Source of the DNA: Alphaproteobacteria bacterium
Lineage (GTDB): Bacteria; Pseudomonadota; Alphaproteobacteria; M2410
DNA: 64,000 nt
Assembly: GCA_965248915.1 (NCBI GenBank)
Contig: OZ252216.1
Span: forward strand, 1,507,001 to 1,571,000
Direction: 5' to 3'
Part shown: piece after piece, positions 30,040 through 40,926 of the stretch
How positions within the stretch are numbered: position 1 is the first letter of the stretch
Layout: each line of letters opens with the position of its first letter
Program-made: the position numbers and the translations under genes
Notes under the pieces: model-generated
Told to the model about the DNA's origin: nothing
Database searches by the model: none
The model's input: only the letters and a program-made list of their open reading frames with translations

Positions 30040-30555
30040 CTATTCACCTGCCGCAACATGTTGCAGCGTTTCCTCGGCCATATCGTCTGATCCATCCTGG
30101 ACTTGCGCTTCTGGCGCATCGAAAAGCCCACTACTACCGACGATGCGCTTCTTGACCACGTCATCCAAAGTAACGGAGCTTAAGAATAATTGAATTTGGC
30201 GGCTCAGCTCTTCCCACAAATCATGGGTCACGCACCGACTGTTGGTCCCGGTACACCCCTTGCCCGATCCACTCTTGCATCTCGTTGCAAGGATAGGTTC
30301 GTCGACCGCGAAGATAATATCTGAGATCCGGATTTGATCCGGCGCATCGGCCAACATGTATCCGCCACCAGGGCCACGTACGCTTTTAACCAGCCCGCTT
30401 CGACGCAGCTTTGAAAACAACTGCTCTAAATAGGACAATGAGATTTCCTGCCGGCTTGCAACATCCGCCAGAACCACAGGTTCCCCATCGCGGCTCTGCC
30501 CCGAAAGGTCAACCATCGCCATGACAGCATATCGCCCTTTTGTGCTTAGTCTCAT
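30040..30555 (-). CDS. Rrf2-family transcriptional regulator (IscR-like), probably the suf operon regulator
   Basis: N-terminus MRLSTKGRYAVMAMVDL (Rrf2 wHTH). Cys cluster CKSGSGKGCTG...C for an Fe-S ligand. Confidence 0.8.
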   Translation of the reverse strand: MRLSTKGRYAVMAMVDLSGQSRDGEPVVLADVASRQEISLSYLEQLFSKLRRSGLVKSVRGPGGGYMLADAPDQIRISDIIFAVDEPILATRCKSGSGKGCTGTNSRCVTHDLWEELSRQIQLFLSSVTLDDVVKKRIVGSSGLFDAPEAQVQDGSDDMAEETLQHVAAGE

Positions 30556-30731
30556 CGTCTCCTCCTCAACGCGTCTCGCCTCAAAGTGCTGTGGTCAAAT
30601 AGGCACACCCCACCGAATTCCAAGACATATCTCCAACGACCTGTGATATGACCTGCGTCCCGAGGGACCAAATCACCTGATTCCAAGACCGCAAACCGCT
30701 TTCATCGGTGTTTTGGGAGGTTAAAATTATA

Positions 30732-30758
30732 ATATCTGACTAACGAGGTCAAGTATAT
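30732..30758. promoter_or_regulatory. Near-palindromic candidate Rrf2/IscR operator in the divergent intergenic region
   Basis: aatatctgac-taacgag-gtcaagtatat has inverted arms TGAC/GTCA flanked by ATAT/ATAT. It lies between the divergently transcribed Rrf2 regulator and alpha/beta hydrolase genes. A tandem TTGCGACA TTGCGACA follows at 30782..30797. Confidence 0.35.
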
Positions 30759-30886
30759 CAACTATCATTAATCCCAGGTTCTTGCGACATTGCGACACAT
30801 CAGAAAAATAGCTGATCAAAACAGTCAGATTATAGGTCCGGAACGGTCCAAATCGACAGGACGAAAAACAAGAATGAAAGAGTGAA

Positions 30887-31561
30887 ATGCCAGAAGTGAT
30901 GTTTATTGGCCCGAGTGGCCGACTCGAAGGACGGTACCAACAAGGTACGGATACCGACGCACCGATTGCCCTCGTTCTTCATCCCCACCCCCAATTCGGC
31001 GGAACTATGAACAACCACGTCGTCTATGAGACGTTCTACACGTTTCAGAGACGCGGGTTCTCCACCCTTCGATTTAATTTTCGCGGCGTTAGCCGCAGCC
31101 AAGGCATTTTCGACAACGGTGTCGGCGAATTGTCTGACGCCGCCTCAGCCCTCGACTGGCTTCAGCAACAAAACCCGAATGCGCGAACGTGTTGGATCGC
31201 CGGTTTTTCCTTTGGGGCTTGGATTGGAATGCAGCTCCTCATGCGCCGCCCAGAAATCGCTGGCTTCATCTCAATCGCACCTCCAGCCAACATGTACGAC
31301 TTCTCGTTCCTTGCACCCTGCCCCTCCTCCGGCTTGATCCTACACGGCACGGCCGATCAGGTCGTGCCTCAGGGCAATGTCCACAAATTAGTTGAAAGGC
31401 TCTCCGCCCAAAAAGGCATTGTCATCGACCATGTGGAAGTTGACCGCGCCAATCACTTCTTCGAAGACCGGATGCCCGAAATGGTCGGGGAAGTTGAAAA
31501 GTATCTGGATAAAAGACTTGTGGTCCCAGAAGCCGCGCCAGAAGACGACAAGAAGAAATAA
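30887..31561 (+). CDS. Alpha/beta-hydrolase fold protein
   Basis: 224 aa; ALVLHPHPQFGG, a nucleophile-elbow-like IAGFSFGAW, C-terminal ...DHVEVDRANHFF. Confidence 0.7.
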   Translation: MPEVMFIGPSGRLEGRYQQGTDTDAPIALVLHPHPQFGGTMNNHVVYETFYTFQRRGFSTLRFNFRGVSRSQGIFDNGVGELSDAASALDWLQQQNPNARTCWIAGFSFGAWIGMQLLMRRPEIAGFISIAPPANMYDFSFLAPCPSSGLILHGTADQVVPQGNVHKLVERLSAQKGIVIDHVEVDRANHFFEDRMPEMVGEVEKYLDKRLVVPEAAPEDDKKK

Positions 31562-31568
31562 TCACGCG

Positions 31569-32681
31569 TTAGGTCGCTCGAAAAAGCGTGCCTCCAGTTG
31601 TCGGTCGTGGAACGCCTGTCGTCGTAGGCAGGCTCAATGGCAGCCCTAAGAAGCTGCGCACAGCCAGGAAGGCGAACGCTTCTGCCTCAAGGTCATCTCC
31701 GCGCCAACCCAGTTCTTCCGCAGTAAGAACCGTTCCTTGAATGCGGTTTTCAAGCTCCATCATCAAAGTCGCGTTGTGCCTACCCCCACCACAAATGACC
31801 CAAGTGAGCGGTGGAGCGGAATAGTGCTTCGCCGACTTTGCAATGACTTCCGCTGTCAGCGCTGTTAGCGTTGCAGCTCCATCTTCAATATTCATTGTCG
31901 CCAAGGGTTCACTGGACAATTCATTCCGGTCCATGGACTTGGGCGGAGGCTTGTCGAAATAGGGAAGCGTCATGAGAAAGTCCAAGACCTTGTCATGTAT
32001 CTTTCCAACTGACGCAAGAGCGCCAAACTCATCGTAGGGTTGACCGGTGCTTTCGCGAACCCAATCATCGATCAGTGCGTTTCCCGGTCCGGTATCAAAG
32101 GCGACAAGATTGTCCCCCTCTACGAAAGTAACATTCGCGACACCGCCGATATTGACCACCGCCGTCGGCTCGTCGAGCCCTGTGGATTGAACCAAGGCCT
32201 GATGATAAAGGCAGGTCAATGGTGCGCCCTGTCCGCCGGCCGCCATGTCTGCAGACCGAAAGTCCGCAATCGTATCAACGCCGGTTTCGCTCGCCAGCGC
32301 CTGAGCGTCTCCCAATTGTATCGACCGCCGCGAATCTGGGTCATGCAGGATCGTTTGCCCATGAAATCCCAGAAAGTCGATGTCGTGGGGCTCGAACTCA
32401 GATCGCTCCATCAAACGTGTGACAGCAGCAACGTGAGCGGACGTGATCGCACGCTCCGCCTCACCAATCGCCCGAGGCGTTTTGGCCTGCGCTGGCCAAA
32501 GTTTGGCGGCATTCTGCGCCCGACGAATGACCTCACGCAAGGTGTCATCATAACTGAGATGGAGCGTTGGCCCTTGCCCTAAGACCCGCCGGCCATCTGT
32601 CTGCAATATCGCTGCATCGACACCATCCATCGAGGTCCCGCTCATCAACCCCAAAGCGGTGAAGTGTTTCTGTGTCGACAA
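31569..32681 (-). CDS. anmK: Anhydro-N-acetylmuramic acid kinase
   Basis: GLMSGTSMDGVDAA N-terminal motif; 370 aa. Confidence 0.85.
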   Translation of the reverse strand: MSTQKHFTALGLMSGTSMDGVDAAILQTDGRRVLGQGPTLHLSYDDTLREVIRRAQNAAKLWPAQAKTPRAIGEAERAITSAHVAAVTRLMERSEFEPHDIDFLGFHGQTILHDPDSRRSIQLGDAQALASETGVDTIADFRSADMAAGGQGAPLTCLYHQALVQSTGLDEPTAVVNIGGVANVTFVEGDNLVAFDTGPGNALIDDWVRESTGQPYDEFGALASVGKIHDKVLDFLMTLPYFDKPPPKSMDRNELSSEPLATMNIEDGAATLTALTAEVIAKSAKHYSAPPLTWVICGGGRHNATLMMELENRIQGTVLTAEELGWRGDDLEAEAFAFLAVRSFLGLPLSLPTTTGVPRPTTGGTLFRAT

Positions 32682-32764
32682 TTCTCAGCCTGCCTCTTCC
32701 AATGTTGCTGCCAAGCATGATACACACCTCCCCGTTTCAACATAAGAAGAATTGACAGATCGAC

Positions 32765-34018
32765 ATGGCCAATTTCCGTTCCGAATTCCTCAATACCTTG
32801 AGTGAGCGTGGCTTCATCCACCAATGCACCGATGAAACGGCGCTGGATCAAGCCCTCTTGGACGGAGTGGTCACGGCCTATATTGGCTTCGATTGCACGG
32901 CAGAAAGCCTTCATGCCGGGAACCTCATTCAAATCATGATGTTGCGCCATCTACAGAAGGCAGGGCACCGCCCCATCGTTCTCATGGGAGGCGGAACGAC
33001 TAAGGTGGGTGACCCGACGGACAAGGACGAAGCGCGCCCTCTTTTGACGGACGAGCAGATCAACAAGAATCTTGAGGGTATTCGCAAAGTCTTCGACAGT
33101 CTCATTGAGTTTGGGGACGGACCCACTGACGCCGTCATGGTCAACAATGATGATTGGTTGAACAAACTCGGATACGTCGAATTCTTGCGCGACTACGGTA
33201 CCCATTTCACGATCAATCGCATGCTCACCTTCGACAGTGTCAAGCTGCGTCTCTCGCGCGAGCAGCCGATGACATTTTTGGAATTCAACTACATGTTGAT
33301 GCAAGCGTTTGATTACCATGAACTGCACAACAGACATGGTTGCACCCTACAGATGGGTGGGTCGGATCAATGGGGCAACATCGTCAACGGTGTGGAACTT
33401 TGCCGCCGAGTAGATTCGGCACAAGTGTTCGGTCTCACAACGCCGCTTCTTGCAACCTCTTCCGGCCAAAAAATGGGCAAGTCGTTGGGCGGCGCAGTTT
33501 GGCTCAATGCTGACATGTACTCGCCTTATGACTACTGGCAGTACTGGCGCAACGCCGAGGACGCCGACGTTGGTACGTTCCTAAAGCGATTTACCGAATT
33601 GCCAATCGACGAAATCGTCCGGCTAGAGGCGTTAGGTGGTCAAGAAATCAATGAGGCCAAAAAAATCTTGGCGAACGAGGCAACGGCAATGATACATGGC
33701 GCCGAAGCCGCTGCCAAAGCTGGCGAAACCGCCCGGCAGGCATTTGAAGAAGGTGTATCTGCCGCAGGCCTCCCCACCATCACCGTATCAGGCAAAGATT
33801 TGAAACAAGGCATTTGGGCACCGCAACTCTTCACGCAAGCGGAATTGACCAAGTCTAATGGCGAAGCCAAACGTCAAATCAAGTCGGGCGGATTGCGTAT
33901 CAATGATGAGCCGGTATCCGACGATCAGCGTCAAATAACGCAAAACGATCTCAATGCGGACGGTGTGGTGAAATTGTCATTTGGGAAGAAACGTCACGTT
34001 TTGGTCAAACCACAGTAG
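32765..34018 (+). CDS. tyrS: Tyrosyl-tRNA synthetase
   Basis: Class I HIGH-variant (LHAGNL), KMGKS motif, C-terminal S4-like domain; 417 aa. Confidence 0.9.
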   Translation: MANFRSEFLNTLSERGFIHQCTDETALDQALLDGVVTAYIGFDCTAESLHAGNLIQIMMLRHLQKAGHRPIVLMGGGTTKVGDPTDKDEARPLLTDEQINKNLEGIRKVFDSLIEFGDGPTDAVMVNNDDWLNKLGYVEFLRDYGTHFTINRMLTFDSVKLRLSREQPMTFLEFNYMLMQAFDYHELHNRHGCTLQMGGSDQWGNIVNGVELCRRVDSAQVFGLTTPLLATSSGQKMGKSLGGAVWLNADMYSPYDYWQYWRNAEDADVGTFLKRFTELPIDEIVRLEALGGQEINEAKKILANEATAMIHGAEAAAKAGETARQAFEEGVSAAGLPTITVSGKDLKQGIWAPQLFTQAELTKSNGEAKRQIKSGGLRINDEPVSDDQRQITQNDLNADGVVKLSFGKKRHVLVKPQ

Positions 34019-34033
34019 CAGCCGTAATGCCTG

Positions 34034-37000
34034 CTAATTGACCACCTCAAGTGGTTCCGACGGGACATCTTCTGAACTCGGCGATTTGAGATCTTCGAGT
34101 TTTTCGACCGGCACCCTATGCGCTTCTTGTGAACCTCTGGGCTGGAAAACTCGGCGCAAGAAGCCTGGCGCCAATCCCGACAGCGGATTGACAAAGACGG
34201 TCGGCCCGTCTGTTGGGCCAGCGATCCCATAAGTGAATGCAAATACACCTTCCCCTTCTCGAGACACCAAGATGGGACCGAAGATCGGCATTTTCCCAAG
34301 CGCAGAATTGATGCCGTATGAAGGCACGATCGTTCCTTGTAGATCCGTTTCATTGGTACCCTGGTCAAAGGTGCCAAAGAGCGTAAGACCCAAAGATGGC
34401 CCAGATGCGGAAGCATCTGAGATACCAATGACGCCTTCTTCATCCACCCAGAACGGTGCGTCGAGTGAATCAAACTGTATACCTTCGCCCTGAAGCAAGC
34501 TTCCCATGCCTTGGAAGGACGCCACCGTCAGCAGCCTGGCCAGGATCGGCGCTTGGACCACCTTAAAGTCATCTATACGCAGATAGCCCTCTGCGGAGCT
34601 TTCTGTTTCCAAACTACGAAACCGAACTCGGCTATCCTCCAGCGCCGCCAAAACCGCTTTGTCTTCCTCGGTAGTTTCCGTCTCGGCTCGACTTTGGGAG
34701 GAACCCTCTTGTTGTGCCAATGCATAATTGTTGAAGTACTCAGCCATTGTCGGCGGAGCCTTCGTCTTGTCCTGGCGCATGGGTTGATCGTTCAGCTCCA
34801 TCTTCAAGGAGAAATTGCCGCCCTTAACCTGATCAACGCCCGTTATCCCCTGAATGATCCGACCGCCATCTGATGCCGTAACGACCAGATGCCGATTGGA
34901 CTGCCCTCCTGGCGTAATAGCTGCATAGACCTCTCCGTCATCTTCAAATCGACCGGTCACATTCAGTTCTGTGAATTTCTCGCCGCTGTTGGCCACATCC
35001 AGTTTGACTTGATGGAGTGCAACCCCACCTCGGAGATAGAGGTCCGCGACTTCACCCTTCAAATTCCAAGCCGAAGGCTCTGTCTCTGTTTCTACTTCCT
35101 CCGCCTTTGGCTGCCCGCCAAGATCAGCCATCATATTAGACATGAACGGAGACACATTGAGGTATTCGCCCAAGATCGAAACATTGAGTTCACCATCAGG
35201 ACCTCTGTCTGAATGAAACTCAACATCCATCAAATCATCAATCCAGATACGCTCGAATGCGGCCTTCTCCAATCGACCGGTTGAAGCGAGTCTCAGTGAA
35301 CCGTTGATACCTAGGCGGTCCCCACCCATAACGAAGTTCTTCAGGTTTAGGTCACCATCCTCGCCGAAGGTCACTCGCATCTTTGCGTTGCTTGCTTCCC
35401 CTTCAGGTTTTTCAAAATCAATACTTTCCACAACAATTGTTGCGGCTGTCAGGTCCGCACTCAAGTCGATAGAGCTAATATTCGGGCCCCGTCCTCGCGC
35501 TTCCAATATGACGGGAACTTCGCCCGTCATAGAGCCACCGGTGCTAAGGCCCCATTTTTCTTGCGCGGTATCGTTGAACAAGGTCGTGAGGTGAAATACA
35601 GATGAATCACCTTCTCCCGCGTTGAAATCCTCAGTCCAAATGAGAGCGGTCTCAATGCCGGCAACTTCAATATTGCCATGCCCCTTCAGACCATCAAGAT
35701 TGATATCCAATGTCAGCTCGCCACCATCGACCCCAAGATCGCCAATCAAGTTTGGAAAGACCAGTTGTTTGATCTGGCCGGTCGCCTTGAAACCAATCCG
35801 GTCTCTGGGAACATGCCGTAATAAAGGTATCGAAAACCACAAGTCTGCCTCGCCGACGCCGCCAATGTCAGACGGTTTAACCCCAAACCGCTTGAGATAG
35901 CCCAACGGTTCGTGATCAACGAGAGTTAGTATGTCTTCTGTACGTCCGTCGAGTGTTGCCGCGATGAGAATCGGTGATCCGCGAACATGAAGCTCTTCAA
36001 TCGACACCGTTGAACCTGCGGCAACCTTGATTGGCTCTTTCACCTCGTCTACGACACGGCCATTTCTTAGAGTGAGATCAAAGGTTTCGACCGTGAGCTT
36101 CACATCAGCCGCCGCATCAATCATGCGTGGCATGCCTCCAAGGTAAGACACACTTGCGTCCGCAATAGAGAAATCCAAATTGATGTATTCTGCACCAATG
36201 GGTTTTTGAGCAAGAACCCCCGGAGGCGCATTGATTGTCAAAATACCCTTCGGCAGCACACCGCCTTCAATGTTCTGGGTAACCCAATCGCGCGCGCCAA
36301 GCGCTAAGTTCTTAGGCCACAATATGTCGATCTTCTCGACCGGGATATTGCTGAAGGAGCCGCTCGCGATCACGGCGGGCGCCCCAATAGAATCGTACAC
36401 ATCACCGCTCAATTGCACATGACCCTCCCCAATCTGAATGAAGAGTTCTTCAATTCGCGCCCATCGTTCAACGAGATCGACAACACCCTCCATTCGAAGG
36501 TCATCAAAGGCCACCACGTGCTTCATGTGGCGGGGAATATCGAAAGAAAGATCTTGGCCCGAGAGATCAAATCGGAAGGAACTAAGCTGGAGCCGCTCCT
36601 CGGTCTCGAATGTAACTTTTGCTGAACCGATGAGGGTTGCGCGGTTTTCGCCAGCAACATAGTGCAGACGTCGAATATCGAACCATTGCCGCTCTCCGTC
36701 ATAGGTCGCCGAGAACGCCCCATAATCGACCGGAATGGTCTCTTCGCCCAATTCCTCAATTCGCATAGATCCTTGACCCACACCCAGTTCGAACTCGGCT
36801 GCTCTCAATTCTCCTTCATTGTCGATTTGTATCTTGGCTTTCCCGCTAACCGGTATCTGAAAATCACCTAAAGCCTCAAAGAAGGTCGATTTTGCGGCAA
36901 AGCTCGACAAAGTGACATCGGTGAACTCGAGTGCGGTGTAAATCCAGTCTGTCTCCGAGTCGTAGTCGCCCTGCATAGCGACACTAACCTCTTCCATCCC

Positions 37001-37690
37001 AACTTTTACATCGCCTCGCATGTCCCAAGCGATGCCGCTCTCGCCACGCGACAGCGACACCACCGCTTTCGGCGCCACCCACAAAGACCCAGATTGCTGA
37101 TCCAGCAATTCAATCTTGGCATCGCTAATCGTGAACGTTTCAAGAGCCGACATCGGCCCACTGCTTTCAGCATCTTCTGACAGGAGGTCGGTAAGAACAT
37201 TAAAAGCCCGGTCAACCTGCTTGTCTTTTGCTACACTGGGTGACTGAAAGGTATCTGCTTCTTGTCCAAAACCTAGTTCGAAATTGCCATCGTGAGTTCT
37301 AACGATGGTGGCGGACGGGCCAAAAATTTCCACGCGAGATGGTGTTATACGCCCTTGCAAAAGTGCACTCACCGCCAGATCAATTTCGACCTGTGGGATA
37401 TGGCCGATTAACGTGCCGTGTGAATCAAACAGATCCACACCGACAACCCGGAAGTGAGCCGATCGATCATCCTCCGACCATGCCACCACCGCATCTTGAA
37501 TTTTCACATCCAAGTTGGCATAGGCTTGACTTAGGGTTTTTTCGATTTGAGGCGTGAAGCGGCCAAAGGACACCGGACCCTTGGACAATTGCCACATGAA
37601 GAACCCGAGCAGCACCACCACGACCGCGATGAGGCCCGCCACGACTTCCATCGCATGCTTCACACTCACTCTAAGTGACGATCTAACCAA
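34034..37690 (-). CDS. Large membrane-anchored AsmA-like / YhdP-family (DUF3971-type) envelope protein
   Basis: 1218 aa with a single N-terminal TM (VAGLIAVVVVLLGFFMW) and a long repetitive beta-rich periplasmic region. Family assignment rests on architecture only. Confidence 0.5.
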   Translation of the reverse strand: MVRSSLRVSVKHAMEVVAGLIAVVVVLLGFFMWQLSKGPVSFGRFTPQIEKTLSQAYANLDVKIQDAVVAWSEDDRSAHFRVVGVDLFDSHGTLIGHIPQVEIDLAVSALLQGRITPSRVEIFGPSATIVRTHDGNFELGFGQEADTFQSPSVAKDKQVDRAFNVLTDLLSEDAESSGPMSALETFTISDAKIELLDQQSGSLWVAPKAVVSLSRGESGIAWDMRGDVKVGMEEVSVAMQGDYDSETDWIYTALEFTDVTLSSFAAKSTFFEALGDFQIPVSGKAKIQIDNEGELRAAEFELGVGQGSMRIEELGEETIPVDYGAFSATYDGERQWFDIRRLHYVAGENRATLIGSAKVTFETEERLQLSSFRFDLSGQDLSFDIPRHMKHVVAFDDLRMEGVVDLVERWARIEELFIQIGEGHVQLSGDVYDSIGAPAVIASGSFSNIPVEKIDILWPKNLALGARDWVTQNIEGGVLPKGILTINAPPGVLAQKPIGAEYINLDFSIADASVSYLGGMPRMIDAAADVKLTVETFDLTLRNGRVVDEVKEPIKVAAGSTVSIEELHVRGSPILIAATLDGRTEDILTLVDHEPLGYLKRFGVKPSDIGGVGEADLWFSIPLLRHVPRDRIGFKATGQIKQLVFPNLIGDLGVDGGELTLDINLDGLKGHGNIEVAGIETALIWTEDFNAGEGDSSVFHLTTLFNDTAQEKWGLSTGGSMTGEVPVILEARGRGPNISSIDLSADLTAATIVVESIDFEKPEGEASNAKMRVTFGEDGDLNLKNFVMGGDRLGINGSLRLASTGRLEKAAFERIWIDDLMDVEFHSDRGPDGELNVSILGEYLNVSPFMSNMMADLGGQPKAEEVETETEPSAWNLKGEVADLYLRGGVALHQVKLDVANSGEKFTELNVTGRFEDDGEVYAAITPGGQSNRHLVVTASDGGRIIQGITGVDQVKGGNFSLKMELNDQPMRQDKTKAPPTMAEYFNNYALAQQEGSSQSRAETETTEEDKAVLAALEDSRVRFRSLETESSAEGYLRIDDFKVVQAPILARLLTVASFQGMGSLLQGEGIQFDSLDAPFWVDEEGVIGISDASASGPSLGLTLFGTFDQGTNETDLQGTIVPSYGINSALGKMPIFGPILVSREGEGVFAFTYGIAGPTDGPTVFVNPLSGLAPGFLRRVFQPRGSQEAHRVPVEKLEDLKSPSSEDVPSEPLEVVN

Positions 37691-38105
37691 GTGCCCTCTT
37701 CCACGGTCTTACAACCTTGTCCTTCGACAAGTTCGGCTGACAATACCCCGATTTCAATTTGCCCCAGCTCCGTCAATAGTTCTGTCTATTTGCGACAAAC
37801 TCATCGGCCTGATGAAGCGCTGACAGAAATTGGCTGAGGCGCTAGCCTACCCAAAACCATGCTAAATTTAACACCTTGATGTTTCAACATAATTTCAAGC
37901 TATTGCCGAATCCTTGAAACGAATTTTAGGAAAGGCTATTGCCTCCTTTCTCAACGGACTCCGGCAAGGCTCAAGTGAGGCTTTCTGATCACTCAATAGT
38001 GGCAGATAAGAGACTAAATCGAGGCAAGGTCCGCCGCGTTAATGGTTAAGCTCACCACGTGGCTCCAGACCATGACAAATCGTTAATGATCGCAAAGGAG
38101 GGTAC

Positions 38106-38588
38106 ATGACCAAACGACTTGAAGAAGGCGACAAGGCTCCCCCATTCAAAATGTCGACCGATGGCGGAGACGTCGTCTCGCTGAAGGACTACAAAGGCCA
38201 GAGTCTCGTCATGTTTTTCTACCCGCGCGACGACACACCCGGCTGTACTAAGGAGAACATTGGCTTTACGGAAAAGCTGACAGCTTTTAGACGGGCCGGC
38301 GCAGAGGTTATCGGTGTCTCAAAAGATACGGTCGAGAAACACGGAAAATTCAGGACCAAGCATAGTCTCAAAGTCATTCTGGCTTCAGATGCAGAGACTG
38401 ACGTCATCGAGCGCTATGGGTCCTGGGTCGAAAAGAACATGTACGGCAAGAAGAAAATGGGCATCGAACGGTCTACTTTCCTCATTGATGGAAAAGGTGT
38501 GATCAGAAAGGTCTGGCGTAAAGTGAAGGTTGCAGATCATGTCGAAGAAGTTCTAGACGCTGCAAAAGCCCTCAAGAAAAGCGGATAA
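38106..38588 (+). CDS. bcp: Peroxiredoxin Bcp (thiol peroxidase)
   Basis: FYPRDDTPGCTKE peroxidatic Cys motif; 160 aa. Confidence 0.9.
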   Translation: MTKRLEEGDKAPPFKMSTDGGDVVSLKDYKGQSLVMFFYPRDDTPGCTKENIGFTEKLTAFRRAGAEVIGVSKDTVEKHGKFRTKHSLKVILASDAETDVIERYGSWVEKNMYGKKKMGIERSTFLIDGKGVIRKVWRKVKVADHVEEVLDAAKALKKSG

Positions 38589-38590
38589 TC

Positions 38591-39433
38591 GTGGAAACCA
38601 TCGCCACCCAGGCACCCCCTCCGCAAACGCTGGAGGTCTCTTGCCTCGCCGTCCTGAAGGAAGAAGACACTCGGGCGAAGGCAGATCTTGCCATACGCGC
38701 TTATGAGAACTGGCAATCAGGTGCAATCAAAGGAGATTTCGATCAACCCTTCGATTTGCCAGATCGCCCGGGGAGGCCTGCGGCTCCAGAGCTACGGGAC
38801 CCTCATGACATGCCCAAACGTCGCCTCGGGAGCGAAGCTGGCAGAAGGGCTCTCATCCATGCGCTCGCCCATATCGAACTCAACGCCATCGATCTAGCCG
38901 TTGATATGGCCGCTCGATTTTACGCTGAGTGTTCAGGTATGGGGTTTGACGCACCCACATTTGTAGGGGATTGGTTGAGAATTGCATCCGAGGAAGCATC
39001 ACATTTCGTATTGTTAGATGACCGATTGAAGGCCCTAGGCTCATTCTACGGTCAAATGCCGGCTCACGACGGCTTATGGGAGGCAGCAATCGCCACAAAA
39101 GACGATTGGGCCGCCCGTCTAGCCATTGTTCCGATGGTCCTAGAAGCTCGAGGACTCGATGTCAGTCCTAACACCATTAAATTGCTTCGAAAGGCCGGAG
39201 ATGCGACCACCGCAAACATCCTTCAGCGCATTTACGAAGACGAAATTGGCCATGTTGAGGTCGGCACCACCTGGTTCAAGCGTATTTGCAGCGCGAAAAA
39301 CGTTGATGAGGTAACGTGTTACCACGATCTCATCCACAAGCACTTCAAAGGATCCTTGAAGCCACCTTTTAACGATGAAGCCCGCTTAAAAGCAGGACTT
39401 TTACCTAACTTTTACCGTCCCCTGGCAAAGTAG
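38591..39433 (+). CDS. Ferritin-like di-iron protein (DUF455-like)
   Basis: Two E..H carboxylate motifs (EEASHF; DEIGHV) on predicted helices; LAHIELNAIDLA. Starts 2 nt after the bcp stop. Confidence 0.5.
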   Translation: METIATQAPPPQTLEVSCLAVLKEEDTRAKADLAIRAYENWQSGAIKGDFDQPFDLPDRPGRPAAPELRDPHDMPKRRLGSEAGRRALIHALAHIELNAIDLAVDMAARFYAECSGMGFDAPTFVGDWLRIASEEASHFVLLDDRLKALGSFYGQMPAHDGLWEAAIATKDDWAARLAIVPMVLEARGLDVSPNTIKLLRKAGDATTANILQRIYEDEIGHVEVGTTWFKRICSAKNVDEVTCYHDLIHKHFKGSLKPPFNDEARLKAGLLPNFYRPLAK

Positions 39434-39489
39434 AACTCACAATCGGTAACCCTAATCTGGGATTAATTGCGCCGAAAGGATGGAAGTAC

Positions 39490-40926
39490 TTGAAATTTGC
39501 AGCAAAATTCGGTGGAATGGCTCAGGGTGTTGGGCAGTTGGATCAGAGACTACATGATCAAGGGAAGCGTCGAATGACCACAGGACCTGTGGCCAGAGTT
39601 AGATCATTACTTGCGCGTCTTTTTCCGGAAAGACAGTTCTATCATCGTAGCCACGGTGAAGTGCGCTTCATTTCGCTCTCTGCACGAAATCAAATTGGCC
39701 TTGTCGCGGTATCCCTCGCCTTTTTGGGCTGGGTCGCGTTCGCGTCGGTGAATGTGGTCTTTAAAGACCAAATCATCACGATCAAGGAACGCAAGCTCAA
39801 AGCCATGCGGGCGGAATACGAAGTTCAAATGTCTGACATGCAATCAGCCTATGATGAACTCAACTCTCTCTTGAGCCTTGCCCAGGAACGATTTGAGGAA
39901 ACCACCACAGAGCTCGAAGCCAAACATGGCCAACTAGAGTCCTTTGTCGTTCGACAAGCATCTATCCAAGGCAATTTTGACGAATTGCGTCAGCGTCTTC
40001 AGCAAAAAGCCATGAAAGGCGCCGATGAAAAGCCTGAGAGTTCAGTTCTCATGCAGGCAACCAATCTTGAGCCCGCCAAACGCGTCTCGCGCATGGGGCC
40101 TGTGGATGAAGACACCAACCTCACTTACATGAGCCAGGTTATGCGCGCCGTTTCCACTGGCCGCATCCAGCTCCACCGCAATACAGCGAAGGTGAGCGAC
40201 AAAGTCTCAAAGCTCGACAACCGTCTGGCTCTTCTCAATCGGTCTCGCAGCGAACAGCTGGCCGGCTTAGAAGAGCGCGCTACCAGAGCCATTGAACAAT
40301 ACGAAGCCATCATCCAACAAACCGGCCTCGACATCGACGAAGTGACCGAGAATTTCAAACCACAACACACCTCAATTGGCGGACCATTCATTTCGCTCGA
40401 GGATTATGATGGTGACTACTCGGAACTCGCGATCGATGAGTACCAACGCCAAATTCACCGGATCGACGAGAAGCTCGCCCGCTTGGACAGCTTAGGTTCA
40501 GCCCTTACGAGCATTCCCCTCGCCCTTCCCACAGACAGTAACTTGAGGCTTTCGAGCCGATTTGGCCCTCGGCGCGATCCATATACGCGCAGAGCGGCCT
40601 TCCACGCCGGCTTGGATGTCGCCGGCCCAAGACGTTCAGACATTCACGCGACAGCCGCCGGCAAAGTTGTCCATGCAGGTCGCCGTGGTCCTTACGGGTG
40701 GATGGTCGAGATCGACCACGGCCACGGATTTAAGACTCGTTACGGTCATCTTTACAAAATCAAAGTAAAGAAAGGCGATACTGTCGACTTCGGTCAGGTG
40801 GTTGGATTGCTGGGTTCCAGCGGGCGCTCCACGGGACCTCACGTTCACTACGAAATCTGGTTCGAAGGAAAAGTTCGCGATCCGGATAAGTTCATAAAGG
40901 CAGGTCGCCATGTTCTCAAAAGCTAA
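39490..40926 (+). CDS. M23-family (LytM) metallopeptidase with an N-terminal membrane anchor and coiled-coil region
   Basis: C-terminal M23 motifs HAGLDVAG ... VEIDHGHGFKTRYGHL ... GSSGRSTGPHVHYEI. Start uncertain; an internal ATG at 39574 is possible. Confidence 0.8.
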   Translation: MKFAAKFGGMAQGVGQLDQRLHDQGKRRMTTGPVARVRSLLARLFPERQFYHRSHGEVRFISLSARNQIGLVAVSLAFLGWVAFASVNVVFKDQIITIKERKLKAMRAEYEVQMSDMQSAYDELNSLLSLAQERFEETTTELEAKHGQLESFVVRQASIQGNFDELRQRLQQKAMKGADEKPESSVLMQATNLEPAKRVSRMGPVDEDTNLTYMSQVMRAVSTGRIQLHRNTAKVSDKVSKLDNRLALLNRSRSEQLAGLEERATRAIEQYEAIIQQTGLDIDEVTENFKPQHTSIGGPFISLEDYDGDYSELAIDEYQRQIHRIDEKLARLDSLGSALTSIPLALPTDSNLRLSSRFGPRRDPYTRRAAFHAGLDVAGPRRSDIHATAAGKVVHAGRRGPYGWMVEIDHGHGFKTRYGHLYKIKVKKGDTVDFGQVVGLLGSSGRSTGPHVHYEIWFEGKVRDPDKFIKAGRHVLKS

